Below, one piece after another: positions 45,559-54,734 of a DNA stretch of 64,000 nucleotides. The notes beneath the pieces were generated by a model, which was not told where the DNA came from, ran no database searches, and worked only from the letters and a program-made list of their open reading frames with translations. Source of the stretch: Candidatus Caldarchaeum subterraneum (GTDB taxonomy: Archaea > Thermoproteota > Nitrososphaeria_A > Caldarchaeales > Caldarchaeaceae); assembly GCA_937934305.1 (NCBI GenBank), contig CALHAG010000023.1:14466-78465 (forward strand), written 5' to 3'. The translations under genes and the position numbers were made by a program. Numbering within the stretch: position 1 is the first letter of the stretch; every line of letters begins with the position of its first letter.

Positions 45559-46212
45559 ATGTGGATTTACCTCTCCCATGTTCTCACAAGAAATTCTCCC
45601 TGCTACGATGATGGGCCTAGGCCCGAGTTTACACCAGGCAAGCAGATTGCCAGGGGTGATAGCAGCAACACATATTTCATCAAGTTGCTCAACCACATAG
45701 GGACTCATGTCGACGCTCCATATCACTTTGACCCAAATGGCCGAAAAATATCATCATACAGGGCTGAGGAGCTTGTCTTCGAGAAACCACTGTTAATCGA
45801 TGTGTCCAAAGACCTTGGCGAGCTAATCACCGTCTCAGACCTCAAAAAACATGAACAAACCCTGAGGAATGTAGACCTCCTGCTCATTAGAACAGGTTTT
45901 CAACGCTACCGAGAAAAGGACCCCGAAGCCTTCATGAGGAGGGGTCCATGTCTATCAGCCGAGGCTGCTTCTTTTTTGAGACAGTTCAGCAACCTCAGGG
46001 CCCTCGGCGTCGACATGATATCGATATCATCTCCCATGAGAAGGGATGAGGGGCGTGAGGCCCATCGCCGACTACTTGTCGGCAGAAGTTTCCTGATTAT
46101 CGAGGACATGGATTTACATGGTAAGCCCGATGCGTTCAAAAGAGTAGTGGTGGCTCCGCTTCTCGTGGACGAGGTCGACAGCGCCCCATGCACTGTTTTG
46201 GCGGAGGTTTAG
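45559..46212 (+). CDS. Cyclase-family protein (kynurenine formamidase-like metal hydrolase)
   Basis: 217 aa with the signature HIGTHVDAPYHF (HxGTHxDxPxH) and a later acidic/His segment. Confidence 0.75.
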   Translation: MWIYLSHVLTRNSPCYDDGPRPEFTPGKQIARGDSSNTYFIKLLNHIGTHVDAPYHFDPNGRKISSYRAEELVFEKPLLIDVSKDLGELITVSDLKKHEQTLRNVDLLLIRTGFQRYREKDPEAFMRRGPCLSAEAASFLRQFSNLRALGVDMISISSPMRRDEGREAHRRLLVGRSFLIIEDMDLHGKPDAFKRVVVAPLLVDEVDSAPCTVLAEV

Positions 46213-47051
46213 ACTAGTCCACCTGCTGCGAAGGAGATGAGTGCGAGAAGCATCCACAACAGTGTTAGGTTTTTCTGCTTCTTGGCTTCACCGGGCTCGG
46301 GGTTCCTGATTATGCGTATGCTGCTGTAGACGAAGCCGGCGTCGGCTACGGCGACAAGCAGCAGATACAGAATGTTTACCACTTCAAGAAGGTACGGAAG
46401 CGGGCTGAGCATAACCGCGGCGATGTAGAACCCCGCCCCTACCCGAGAAGCCGTTCTCAGCCCACTTTTCCGCGCAATTGTGGCCACTCCTCTAACCGCA
46501 TCGCCTTCCACATCAGTGATGCCCTTGATAACTTCTCTGCCGGTGTTCGCCAAAAAAGCCAAAACCACGAAGACCATCACACGCCAAGAAATATAGCCGT
46601 CGGCGAGCAAAGAGCCGTAGAGAAAAGGCGCCACCACGGTGAAGCTCACCGCGAAATTGCCAACCAACCCAGTCTTTTTCAGAAACATGTTGTAGAAAGT
46701 TGAGACAGCAAAAGCCACCGCCGCCATCAAAAAACAGGCCGTGGACGACAAGAACGCGGCAAGAAGTCCTGCGCCGGCCAGGATAGAGGATAGAGCTACG
46801 GCGGAGGCCGGCGAAACCTCGCCCGATGGGATGGGGCGGCTCGGGTTGTTGACCAAGTCAACCTGCCTGTCAAAGTAATCGTTCAAAGCCATGGATGAGC
46901 CTGTTAAGCCAAAGGATGTTACGAATGCGTAGATAATCTGCTGGAGGTTGATGGCTCTTGTTTCGGAGAACAACACACCTATCAGGACGGCGAAGAACAT
47001 CAGAAGCCCGTTAGGCGGCCTCATCAACCTTAGAAGGGACATTATTCTCAT
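46209..47051 (-). CDS. UbiA-family prenyltransferase, digeranylgeranylglyceryl phosphate synthase-like
   Basis: 280 aa and polytopic. First Asp-rich motif ALNDYFDRQVDLVNNPSRPIPSG and a second motif in GITDVEGD. Confidence 0.8.
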   Translation of the reverse strand: MRIMSLLRLMRPPNGLLMFFAVLIGVLFSETRAINLQQIIYAFVTSFGLTGSSMALNDYFDRQVDLVNNPSRPIPSGEVSPASAVALSSILAGAGLLAAFLSSTACFLMAAVAFAVSTFYNMFLKKTGLVGNFAVSFTVVAPFLYGSLLADGYISWRVMVFVVLAFLANTGREVIKGITDVEGDAVRGVATIARKSGLRTASRVGAGFYIAAVMLSPLPYLLEVVNILYLLLVAVADAGFVYSSIRIIRNPEPGEAKKQKNLTLLWMLLALISFAAGGLV

Positions 47052-47060
47052 CTTTTCAGC

Positions 47061-47606
47061 CTACTTGTTCCAAAGCTCGACGGTTGAGGCGTGGTAGTAG
47101 ACCACCTCGTTGCGTCTATCCAGAACAGCCACAACAGCCACCTTATCCATAGCCCTGCAAGACCTTACAAGCGAAATAAGCTCGTCCACCGACACGCTTT
47201 CACCCTCATACAAGGGAATCACCAGATATTTAGCAGGCTTCGACTGATACTCGCCCCTCTCGAAAACCCTGAACCTTAGCTTGGGGCCGAACCCCTCCTT
47301 CACCACGTAACGTCTCTTACGCAAATCCATGTAGATGACATAGTCACGCCAAAGATTTTGGTCACGCATAGCAAAGAAGCTGAGCAGCTCTATGAAGCCT
47401 AGCCTACGCCCGCATCGGTAAACCTCCGCTTTGCCATGTTTTACGAGGTAAAGTGTTTCAACAGGGCTGAAGACATATCGTTTCTCCCCCCTCATGTCGC
47501 CGTATCCACGTTCCTTAAACCAGCCCAGGTCCCCCTCGACGAAAACAACCTCGCCATCATCCAACAACTCAAGGCTCGCAGCCACGCTAACTACTTCCTC
47601 GCCCAA
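47061..47606 (-). CDS. endA: tRNA-splicing endonuclease subunit (probably the non-catalytic/structural type)
   Basis: 181 aa with EndA-fold landmarks (VETLYLV, DYVIYMDLRKRRYVVKEG, FRVFERG, KYLVIP, AVVAVLDRRNEVVYY). Against the M. jannaschii catalytic Tyr/His/Lys (from memory), Tyr aligns with F, His with A/P, and Lys is kept. Confidence 0.7.
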   Translation of the reverse strand: MGEEVVSVAASLELLDDGEVVFVEGDLGWFKERGYGDMRGEKRYVFSPVETLYLVKHGKAEVYRCGRRLGFIELLSFFAMRDQNLWRDYVIYMDLRKRRYVVKEGFGPKLRFRVFERGEYQSKPAKYLVIPLYEGESVSVDELISLVRSCRAMDKVAVVAVLDRRNEVVYYHASTVELWNK

Positions 47607-47638
47607 CTCCTAAACAGTCAAAGCAGCCAACTCTATAT

Positions 47639-48436
47639 ATGCATACAGAAACGGCATATTTGATAAAGCATAAGAAAAGGCAGATTCGTGTATGGTTGGT
47701 GAAGAATTCAAGAACCTTGCTTTTATTGGCTGTCGTGGCGCTTCTAACGGGATTTAGCCTTTTCGAGATAGTGCCGCCTATTTCAACCAGTTCTCTGCAG
47801 TTTGACATAAGGTTCAGCGAGGCCCCTGTCCGTCCCTACATTCTCCGGGTAAGGGTTGAGCAAACGCCTGTGGATGGCTTCGCTTCCGCACCAGTGCCAC
47901 GGGTTCTCGTATCTCTTGACAACTTCACCACCGTCACAAACCTTAGCGGCTACGCTTTCTTCACAACAACACCCGGCAAACACATGGTATCCGTTGCATC
48001 AGCCACAGCCACTCTTCCCACCTATGCAGTAGAAGTGGAGGTGACTACAAGGATAACCGAGCTGGTTGTCAGGTTCGTAGAGACAAGGTTCAACCTCCAG
48101 TCCTTGGATATGGTTGTTGACACATCAACCCAGATAACATACGTCACAGCCAGCTACATACCGCCCGTCAACAGCAGCTTCTACGTGGGAAAACCATATC
48201 TAACCTACATCGACCAAAGTAACTATCTTAAACGACACATAGGCGAGGAAACAGTTTCATACCTTCCCGGCCCCATTCCACAATACAGAGGCCCATTCAC
48301 AGAGATAAGAACGGGCGAAACTCTTCAAGCCTACACAGCATCCGCATCAATCGAGGGCCTTGTTCAGCTGGTGGTTCTGAAGGAGAGCTTTATCCCCGCC
48401 TTCTACGTCGAGACGCAGCTGACGAAAAGGGAGTGA
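47639..48436 (+). CDS. Membrane-anchored extracellular protein with carboxypeptidase-regulatory-like beta-sandwich
   Basis: 265 aa on the track. Anchor LLLLAVVALLTGFSLF, then VLVSLDNFTTVTNLSGYAFFTTTPGKHMVSV (CarbopepD_reg-like). The TATATAT box at 47634..47640 overlaps the ATG at 47639, so the real start is more likely TTG 47660 or GTG 47699. Confidence 0.55.
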   Translation: MHTETAYLIKHKKRQIRVWLVKNSRTLLLLAVVALLTGFSLFEIVPPISTSSLQFDIRFSEAPVRPYILRVRVEQTPVDGFASAPVPRVLVSLDNFTTVTNLSGYAFFTTTPGKHMVSVASATATLPTYAVEVEVTTRITELVVRFVETRFNLQSLDMVVDTSTQITYVTASYIPPVNSSFYVGKPYLTYIDQSNYLKRHIGEETVSYLPGPIPQYRGPFTEIRTGETLQAYTASASIEGLVQLVVLKESFIPAFYVETQLTKRE

Positions 48437-48443
48437 AGGATAA

Positions 48444-48893
48444 ATGGAGTCTCTTCTATACAACGTCTCGTTCTGGCTTATGCTAAACATCTTCCTCGTC
48501 GCAGCTATCGTCGGCCTTGTCCTAGTTAACCAATCCAAGTCCAGAAACAAACACCGGTCCAACGCGTCACAACAAATCATGAATCTGAAAGACGAAGAAG
48601 ACCTGCTCACACAATTGCTGCAGAAAGGTGAGAAGAGAGAAGCTGTCATCAAAGTTTTTCCACAGGTGTTTAGAAAAATATGCAAAGCTGCAAACGTTGA
48701 AACAAGAGGTTACACCGTCAGAGAGGTTCTAGGCTCGGGACGCATTCCACAGACCTATGCAGTGTATCTGTCCAAGATGTATGAGGTTTTTGAGCCTGTC
48801 AGGTATGGGGGGATGGAGCCTACAGAGGAGATGATTGCACAATTCTTGGAGGTTTTACACAAGCTTTCAGGTGAATTCTGGTATGATGGTTGA
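48444..48893 (+). CDS. DUF4129-domain membrane protein
   Basis: 149 aa. N-terminal TM helix, then RGYTVREVL...YLSKMYEVFEPVRYGGMEPTEEM, which matches the T.RE...F..aRYg signature of DUF4129. Confidence 0.65.
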   Translation: MESLLYNVSFWLMLNIFLVAAIVGLVLVNQSKSRNKHRSNASQQIMNLKDEEDLLTQLLQKGEKREAVIKVFPQVFRKICKAANVETRGYTVREVLGSGRIPQTYAVYLSKMYEVFEPVRYGGMEPTEEMIAQFLEVLHKLSGEFWYDG

Positions 48894-49155
48894 AAACGCT
48901 CTTCTCATACTACTGGCTTTGATGCTTGGGGGTGCAGTGTCGCTTCTCGCTATTCCACGTGAAAAGAAAAGGCATGAGGTTGCTCGGGATGGGGATGTGG
49001 GGCTTGACCAATACGCGGATTTGGTGAAGCTGGTGATGAATGGTGAGATGCGGGAAGCGTTGAAAAGGCTCAGGAACTATGTTGAGAAGGAGACCAGCGC
49101 CGAAAAAAGGCGGCTACTGAAGCAGGTGGAGACTGAGTTGAGAAAATATGTCTAA
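48883..49155 (+). CDS. Small single-pass membrane protein with charged helical tail
   Basis: About 90 aa from MMVENALLILLALMLGGAVSLLAI, then a Lys/Glu-rich helix. Overlaps upstream by 11 nt and downstream by 8 nt. No recognisable domain. Confidence 0.45.
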   Translation: MMVENALLILLALMLGGAVSLLAIPREKKRHEVARDGDVGLDQYADLVKLVMNGEMREALKRLRNYVEKETSAEKRRLLKQVETELRKYV

Positions 49156-50104
49156 GCTGTTTGCTGCCATGCTTGGAGAAAATGTGAGGGCTGAGGTAGG
49201 TAAAGTAGTGGTGGGGATGCATGACGCCATAGAGTCCCTAATAATAGCGTTGCTGACAGGCGGCCACGTAATAATGGAGGGCGTCCCAGGCCTCGCGAAA
49301 ACCCTTCTCGCAAAATCATTCGCCATGTCCTTGGGCCTAAGCTTCAAGAGAATACAGTTCACGACAGACATACTTCCATCAGACATAATCGGCGGCCTTG
49401 TCCTCAACAGAAAAACAGGCGATCTCGAGTTTAAGCCGGGCCCGGTTTTCGCCAACGTGGTTCTGATAGATGAGATAAACAGGGCTCCTCCGAGGAGTCA
49501 GTCAGCCTTGCTCGAGGCTATGCAGGAGAGACAGGTGACGGTAGAGGGAGTGACCTATAAGTTGCCGGAGCCTTTTCTCGTCATCGCCACACAGAACCCG
49601 GTGGAGCTTGAGGGCACCTTCCCTCTTCCCGAGGCAGAGATAGACCGCTTCATGATGAGAGTCATAGTTTCCTACCCAAGCCGAGAAGAGGAGGTCCAAA
49701 TTCTCAGGATGAGAGACATGCTTGGCGAAAATATCCCTGTCCAACCCGCGATAACCAGCGAACTGCTCAACCTCTCCATAGAAGAAGTGCGGAGTGTCAG
49801 AGTAGTTCCCGAGGTGTTGGAGTACATCGTTGAAATCGTCATGAAAAGTAGGAGTGACACTCGGCTTATGCTTGGAGCGAGTCCAAGAGCTGAGATTGCT
49901 CTTCTCTACGCGGCCAAGGCTTTGGCTGCGCTGAACAACCGCGGATACGTCATTCCCGATGATGTGAAGAAGGTTTGCTACCGTGTGCTCAATCATCGTC
50001 TCATGCCCAAGCCCGAATACATCGACCTCTCCAAGAAAACCGACTACGGATTCGTGGAGAAAGTTATTGAGGAATATCTGTTGGGGACGGAGGTCCCAGT
50101 TTGA
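49148..50104 (+). CDS. MoxR-family AAA+ ATPase
   Basis: 318 aa. Walker A GVPGLAKTLLAK, Walker B/sensor VVLIDEINRAPPRSQSALLEAMQERQVTV, and ATQNP. Typical MoxR length. Confidence 0.9.
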   Translation: MSKLFAAMLGENVRAEVGKVVVGMHDAIESLIIALLTGGHVIMEGVPGLAKTLLAKSFAMSLGLSFKRIQFTTDILPSDIIGGLVLNRKTGDLEFKPGPVFANVVLIDEINRAPPRSQSALLEAMQERQVTVEGVTYKLPEPFLVIATQNPVELEGTFPLPEAEIDRFMMRVIVSYPSREEEVQILRMRDMLGENIPVQPAITSELLNLSIEEVRSVRVVPEVLEYIVEIVMKSRSDTRLMLGASPRAEIALLYAAKALAALNNRGYVIPDDVKKVCYRVLNHRLMPKPEYIDLSKKTDYGFVEKVIEEYLLGTEVPV

Positions 50105-51357
50105 AGCTTACAGCCCAAGGCTACAAAACACTAGTCTCAATGTTTGTCATAGTTTTTTTCGCATCAACCGTCTCGGTGTACAGGGCTTTGAGCCTCTCAA
50201 TCTACATAGTGGGGATTTTCACGTTACTTTACTGTTTCTTCGCCGCATCTTCTCTGAGAACGATTGGTCAGAATGATTTTGATTTTTCGCGGCATGTTAG
50301 AAGAGAGCTTTTGCGGAGAGGTGAACATGCTGAGGTGCGTGTTAGGGTGGAGAACAAGTCGGGTCGAAGAGTTAGAATCCGTGTTTTAGACCGTTTAGAA
50401 GGACTCACGGTTGTTGAGGGTAGTGTTCAAACGGAGCGAAACTTGGCTCCCGCTGAACTCCTAGAACTCGTTTACACTGTCACATCCCATGGACGCGGCG
50501 TGGGTCTCCTCGGGCCTCTGTCAGTGCATGTTTTGGACGACTACGGCATGGTTTACAAAGAATTCACGTTGGGAGAAGAGGTGAAGATTGTTTTCACGGA
50601 ACACACCATAGGCAGGCCGAGGCTCTCTGACGCCGTGAAGAAGGTGTTCCCCACACCCTACACAGGCACAGGCTCTTCCCACGAATACGGCGTCGACGAC
50701 ATATTCCGGGAGATAACCAAGTATGAAGAGGGGCAGCCGCTTAAAGCCGTTGATTGGAGAAGAACAGCGAGAGAAAACGGGGAATTATATGTTCGACGGT
50801 TCGATAAGCAAAACCGTCTCCGCATCTGTCTCATGCTCGACTACAGCCACAGCAACATTTTAGGCAACCCCTCGCTTCTCGACTCAACCGTTGCAGCAGC
50901 ATCAGCTCTTGCCTCATCTGTTCTTGAACGAGGCGACTCAATAACCATAATTGTACCTGGCGACAGAGAAGGTGTAGCCATGGCGACGGGGATGAGAGAT
51001 TATTTCAGGCTATTGACTTATCTCTCCACAGTCACGCCAGTGTCGTCATACAGAATTGTGGATTACTTGGAAAATTTGCATGGATTTGACGCGGTTTTTA
51101 TGCTGGGCAGGTTCGCAAACCTTGACGAAGCCTCTCTCAAGACCGTGGCTGAGAGGGTTAGGCTGTACGGCGGCGTTTTATACATACTCGTCCCGACTCT
51201 GGAAAATGTGCCTGGGCCTTTGAAGGCTTTGGAGGTTCTTGAACTGGCTCGTGTGCAGAGGCTTCGGACAGTCTACGGCCATGTCTACTTGGTTAGGCAG
51301 ACGGATTTGCTGAACTATCTTGTGCACCTCCATAGAAGCTTGAGGATGGTGACATGA
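50101..51357 (+). CDS. DUF58-family protein (vWA-like partner of MoxR) with two N-terminal TM helices
   Basis: 418 aa. The TTG start overlaps the MoxR TGA (TTGA). DUF58 signature FREITKYEEGQPLKAVDWRRTARENGELYVRRFD, followed by a vWA-like LMLDYS segment. Confidence 0.85.
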   Translation: MKLTAQGYKTLVSMFVIVFFASTVSVYRALSLSIYIVGIFTLLYCFFAASSLRTIGQNDFDFSRHVRRELLRRGEHAEVRVRVENKSGRRVRIRVLDRLEGLTVVEGSVQTERNLAPAELLELVYTVTSHGRGVGLLGPLSVHVLDDYGMVYKEFTLGEEVKIVFTEHTIGRPRLSDAVKKVFPTPYTGTGSSHEYGVDDIFREITKYEEGQPLKAVDWRRTARENGELYVRRFDKQNRLRICLMLDYSHSNILGNPSLLDSTVAAASALASSVLERGDSITIIVPGDREGVAMATGMRDYFRLLTYLSTVTPVSSYRIVDYLENLHGFDAVFMLGRFANLDEASLKTVAERVRLYGGVLYILVPTLENVPGPLKALEVLELARVQRLRTVYGHVYLVRQTDLLNYLVHLHRSLRMVT

Positions 51358-52067
51358 TGGATAAATTTTTGAGAGCGGTTGCACTTCTTCCCCCGATTGT
51401 CCTTACATTATTCGTTTTGTCAAGGATAGATGCTTCAAACAGCTTCGTGTTCATCGGGTTTTTCTCTCTTCTTTTCATATCTGCGACAGACAGGTTCAAG
51501 TGGGCTGGCATAATAATGGTCTATGTTCCCGCGGCCTACACTGTCTCGCTTCTGCTGACAGGTGTTGTTTCACCTTTTCTCGGCCTGGCCGCTGGCTACA
51601 TAGTTTCTGCACCCGCCGTATTCGCAATATCAGCCTACAGAAGTAATCTGTTCACTGGACTGGTTGGAGGCTACTATGCGTCATATGTTTTCGCCCTATT
51701 GCTAAACAACGTAACCTCAAGCGGGGTTGTGAGGCCCGAGAGATTGTTCATCACGATTGTACAAAACATCCTCGGCCTTTTCTCACCAGGGACAGTCAAC
51801 ATTACTCCCTCAAACCCAGAACCAGAGCTCCTTTTCACGGTTCTCACAGCCTTGGCCTCTTTTGCACTTCTCACATCCTTCGCGGGCAATCGCCTAAAAA
51901 GAATAAACGACCCCTTCCTGAAAACCCTCATAACCTCACTAGTCCTGATGAGCCTCAGCATCTTCGTTGGCCAGCTTTCTCCAGTGTTCACCCCCTATTT
52001 CCTACTGGGTTCTTTTGTTTTGCTAACGGCTGCTTTAATGCTTTGGCTGCGAATGTCACATGAATAA
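51354..52067 (+). CDS. Polytopic membrane protein (about 7 TM), no recognised family
   Basis: 237 aa and strongly hydrophobic. ATGA overlap with the DUF58 gene. Confidence 0.5.
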   Translation: MMDKFLRAVALLPPIVLTLFVLSRIDASNSFVFIGFFSLLFISATDRFKWAGIIMVYVPAAYTVSLLLTGVVSPFLGLAAGYIVSAPAVFAISAYRSNLFTGLVGGYYASYVFALLLNNVTSSGVVRPERLFITIVQNILGLFSPGTVNITPSNPEPELLFTVLTALASFALLTSFAGNRLKRINDPFLKTLITSLVLMSLSIFVGQLSPVFTPYFLLGSFVLLTAALMLWLRMSHE

Positions 52068-53577
52068 AGCACTGTACCTAATCCTGATTGCTCTTTTAGC
52101 TGTCCCCTCTCAAGGGCAGAGCATCGAGCCGTATTGGCTGGTCGGGTTTGACGGCGACATGATGCTCCCGTTACTCGATAGAGGTGTACTAGAATGCGGT
52201 GTGGGTGAAAATGTTGCGGTGAAAATTGTTGGACGAGATGGATTCGTAACCCTCGTTTCGCCGAATGGCGTGATTGAAAATGTTTTTGCACGCGATGGGG
52301 AGAGAACGGTTCTTAGAAGATTTGGGCCCGGTGACGCGGGGAACTGGACGATTGTGGCCGACACAGGTCAGACGCTCACTATACAGGTTAAGCCTCCGGC
52401 AACGAGGCCGCCTATACAGGTTTCTGTTAGGTTTGAGGGGCTGTTTGTTGTCTTGACGATTTCAACGCCCCCAAACACCTATGCGCTTTTCCTGGAAGGA
52501 CATGGCGACGGAGAAGTTGCTGCGGCAGGCTCTTCGATAGAGTTTGGTCTGCAGGGATTCAACGAGACGAGGGTGAGGGTGGAGATATTGAGAAGGGAGC
52601 CGACGATAAGATACGCAGGGCTGCTCGACGGCTTGCCCTACACTATGCAGCTGGACCCTTTATCTGTTAACACAATTGTTGAGGGCAAGAGGATTAATGA
52701 CTCGATGGTGTTTAGTGTGAAATTACCTTCTAATGGGGAGCAGGTTTCAGGCTGGAGGAAAATGGGTTTAGGGTATCACCTCATCCGTCTCTACACAGTC
52801 TCAGACAAACGACTTATCCTGGAGAGGGAGATAGTGGTTGTGCCAGAATGGATGAAAAGCTACGTTGCCTTGAGTCGTTCAGTCCGTGAGGATGTGTGGA
52901 CCGCTGCCAACAAAACCTTCACAATGCTGGTGGGAGACGAGGCCGGCAACGTCTGGGTTCTCCATATCAGGCCGCCGATAGCTTTCATCCGCTTGTATGA
53001 CCAAATTCATTCGAGATATGTGAAAAATGTGGGAGTGGCTTTAGCCGGTGGACAGGCCCAGAATTTGGATGACTGGACAGGGTTAATCTTCGCTAACAAG
53101 ATTGAGATAAGCAACTATAGCAACAACAGCAGCTACAGCCCGTCGACAGAGACAAATATGTCGCTGAACTTTAACGCAACATCACTGTCACTACCCCTCG
53201 CGGTGACGGCTGGAGATATGGTGACTCTAAACCTCCAGCTCCATGAAGCACATATTACACTTGTGTGGCCCAACGGCACCACATACAGAGGTCCCAGCTC
53301 AATGATTATCAATTCAGCGAAATTTACGAACACCTCATCGCTTCTTCTCCCCGTCGACAAATATGTTGTAAGAGCTGAGAAGCCGCCAAGTTTCTCCAGT
53401 AAAGTTTTCACCTTAACGGCTGACACGACCTGGACTATTATCGTATTGGATGACCCTGCCGGTGTCGCGGGCTTTAGGGTTTCCGCCGTTCTTCTAACCG
53501 CCCTCCTGCTATACACGGTTTTTAGAATGCGTAAGACCTTTTATCAAGCGGGCCTGTTTAGACGTGAGCGGAGATGA
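52060..53577 (+). CDS. Secreted, C-terminally anchored surface protein rich in N-glycosylation sequons
   Basis: 505 aa. Signal peptide MNKALYLILIALLAVPSQG and many NxS/T sequons (NWT, NET, NDS, NKT, NYS, NNS, NMS, NAT, NGT, NTS). C-terminal TM VSAVLLTALLLYTVF followed by a basic tail. Confidence 0.6.
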   Translation: MNKALYLILIALLAVPSQGQSIEPYWLVGFDGDMMLPLLDRGVLECGVGENVAVKIVGRDGFVTLVSPNGVIENVFARDGERTVLRRFGPGDAGNWTIVADTGQTLTIQVKPPATRPPIQVSVRFEGLFVVLTISTPPNTYALFLEGHGDGEVAAAGSSIEFGLQGFNETRVRVEILRREPTIRYAGLLDGLPYTMQLDPLSVNTIVEGKRINDSMVFSVKLPSNGEQVSGWRKMGLGYHLIRLYTVSDKRLILEREIVVVPEWMKSYVALSRSVREDVWTAANKTFTMLVGDEAGNVWVLHIRPPIAFIRLYDQIHSRYVKNVGVALAGGQAQNLDDWTGLIFANKIEISNYSNNSSYSPSTETNMSLNFNATSLSLPLAVTAGDMVTLNLQLHEAHITLVWPNGTTYRGPSSMIINSAKFTNTSSLLLPVDKYVVRAEKPPSFSSKVFTLTADTTWTIIVLDDPAGVAGFRVSAVLLTALLLYTVFRMRKTFYQAGLFRRERR

Positions 53578-54704
53578 GAACCACGGTCTCTGTCATAAAG
53601 GCTGATGTGGGAAGCATAGCTGGACATCATAAGCCTCACCCCAAGATGATGGAGCTTGCGTCTGGGAAACTCGCTGAAGCCGAGAACACTGGTCTCATAA
53701 AATCTGGATACGCTACCCACTGCGGAGACGATATAATCCTCGTAATGAGCCACGGCAAAGGCGAAGACAACCCCGAGATTCATGGACTCGCATGGAACAT
53801 TTTCAGAGAAATAACCGAGAAAGTGGCCAAGCCCATGAAGCTCTATGGAGCGGGACAGGACCTTCTATCGGACGCATTCAGCGGAAACGTCAGAGGACTT
53901 GGCCCCGGCGTCGCCGAGATAGAGTTTGAGGAGAGAAAATCGGACCCGGTTATAGTTTTCGCAGCCGACAAAACCGAGCCAGGTGCATGGAACATCCCAC
54001 TATACCGCATCTTCGCCTCGCCCGAGAACACAGCAGGACTGGTCATAGACCCTACTCTACATGACGGGTTCAAGTTCGAGGTGCTTGACCTTGTGGAGTC
54101 TTGGTCTGTTTTGCTCAAAACACCTGAGGAACTGTATGACTTGGTTGCGCTGCTTGGGACAGTTGGACGATACGCTGTTTCTAAAGTTTACAGAGCTAGT
54201 GATGGGGAGCCCGCCGCGGCCGCGAGCACGACCCGGCTTAGCTTAATTGCAGGCCGGTATGTGGGAAAGGACGACCCCGTCATGATAGTGAGGGCTCAGG
54301 CAGGTTTTCCGGCGGTGGGCGAGGTTCTCGCAGCGTTTGCGACACCTTTCATCGTGTCAGGCTGGATGAGAGGAAGTCATAGAGGTCCTCTGATGCCTGT
54401 TTCCTTCCGCAGAGGCCAGAATGTTGTTAGCTTTTTCGACGGGCCGCCGAGGGTGATGGCTATGGGGTGGCAGGTCTCTAATGGGAGACTTGTTGGACAA
54501 GATGGTGTGGAGCCTGTTGACCTCTTCGAAGACCCCTTCTGGGACACGGTGAGAAACAAAGCGGCAGAACTCGCCCTCACGCTGAGAACCATGGGTGAAT
54601 TCGAGCCAGCTCGTCTCGGGCATGAGGAAATGGAGTACACTACCCTGCCTCAGGTAATCGAGAGGCTCAAACCTCGGTTTAAGCCCATAGAGACGAAAAA
54701 ATAG
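53574..54704 (+). CDS. fbp: Fructose-1,6-bisphosphate aldolase/phosphatase (archaeal class V FBPase)
   Basis: 376 aa. N-terminus MRTTVSVIKADVGSIAGHHKPHP and later GWMRGSHRGPLMPV are diagnostic. ATGA overlap with the preceding surface-protein gene. Confidence 0.95.
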   Translation: MRTTVSVIKADVGSIAGHHKPHPKMMELASGKLAEAENTGLIKSGYATHCGDDIILVMSHGKGEDNPEIHGLAWNIFREITEKVAKPMKLYGAGQDLLSDAFSGNVRGLGPGVAEIEFEERKSDPVIVFAADKTEPGAWNIPLYRIFASPENTAGLVIDPTLHDGFKFEVLDLVESWSVLLKTPEELYDLVALLGTVGRYAVSKVYRASDGEPAAAASTTRLSLIAGRYVGKDDPVMIVRAQAGFPAVGEVLAAFATPFIVSGWMRGSHRGPLMPVSFRRGQNVVSFFDGPPRVMAMGWQVSNGRLVGQDGVEPVDLFEDPFWDTVRNKAAELALTLRTMGEFEPARLGHEEMEYTTLPQVIERLKPRFKPIETKK

Positions 54705-54734
54705 GGCGTGTTAATCTGAGGCCCCGGAAGAGGC

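Noticed and set aside
52060-52110. N-terminus MNKA/LYLILIALLAV of the surface protein as a class III (type IV pilin-like) signal for the nearby A24 peptidase.
   Set aside because: The hydrophobic stretch is short and is followed by a standard c-region (PSQG/QS). It therefore reads better as an ordinary Sec signal peptide. The +2 residue (Tyr) is also atypical for PibD-type sites. This is not excluded, but it is unsupported.
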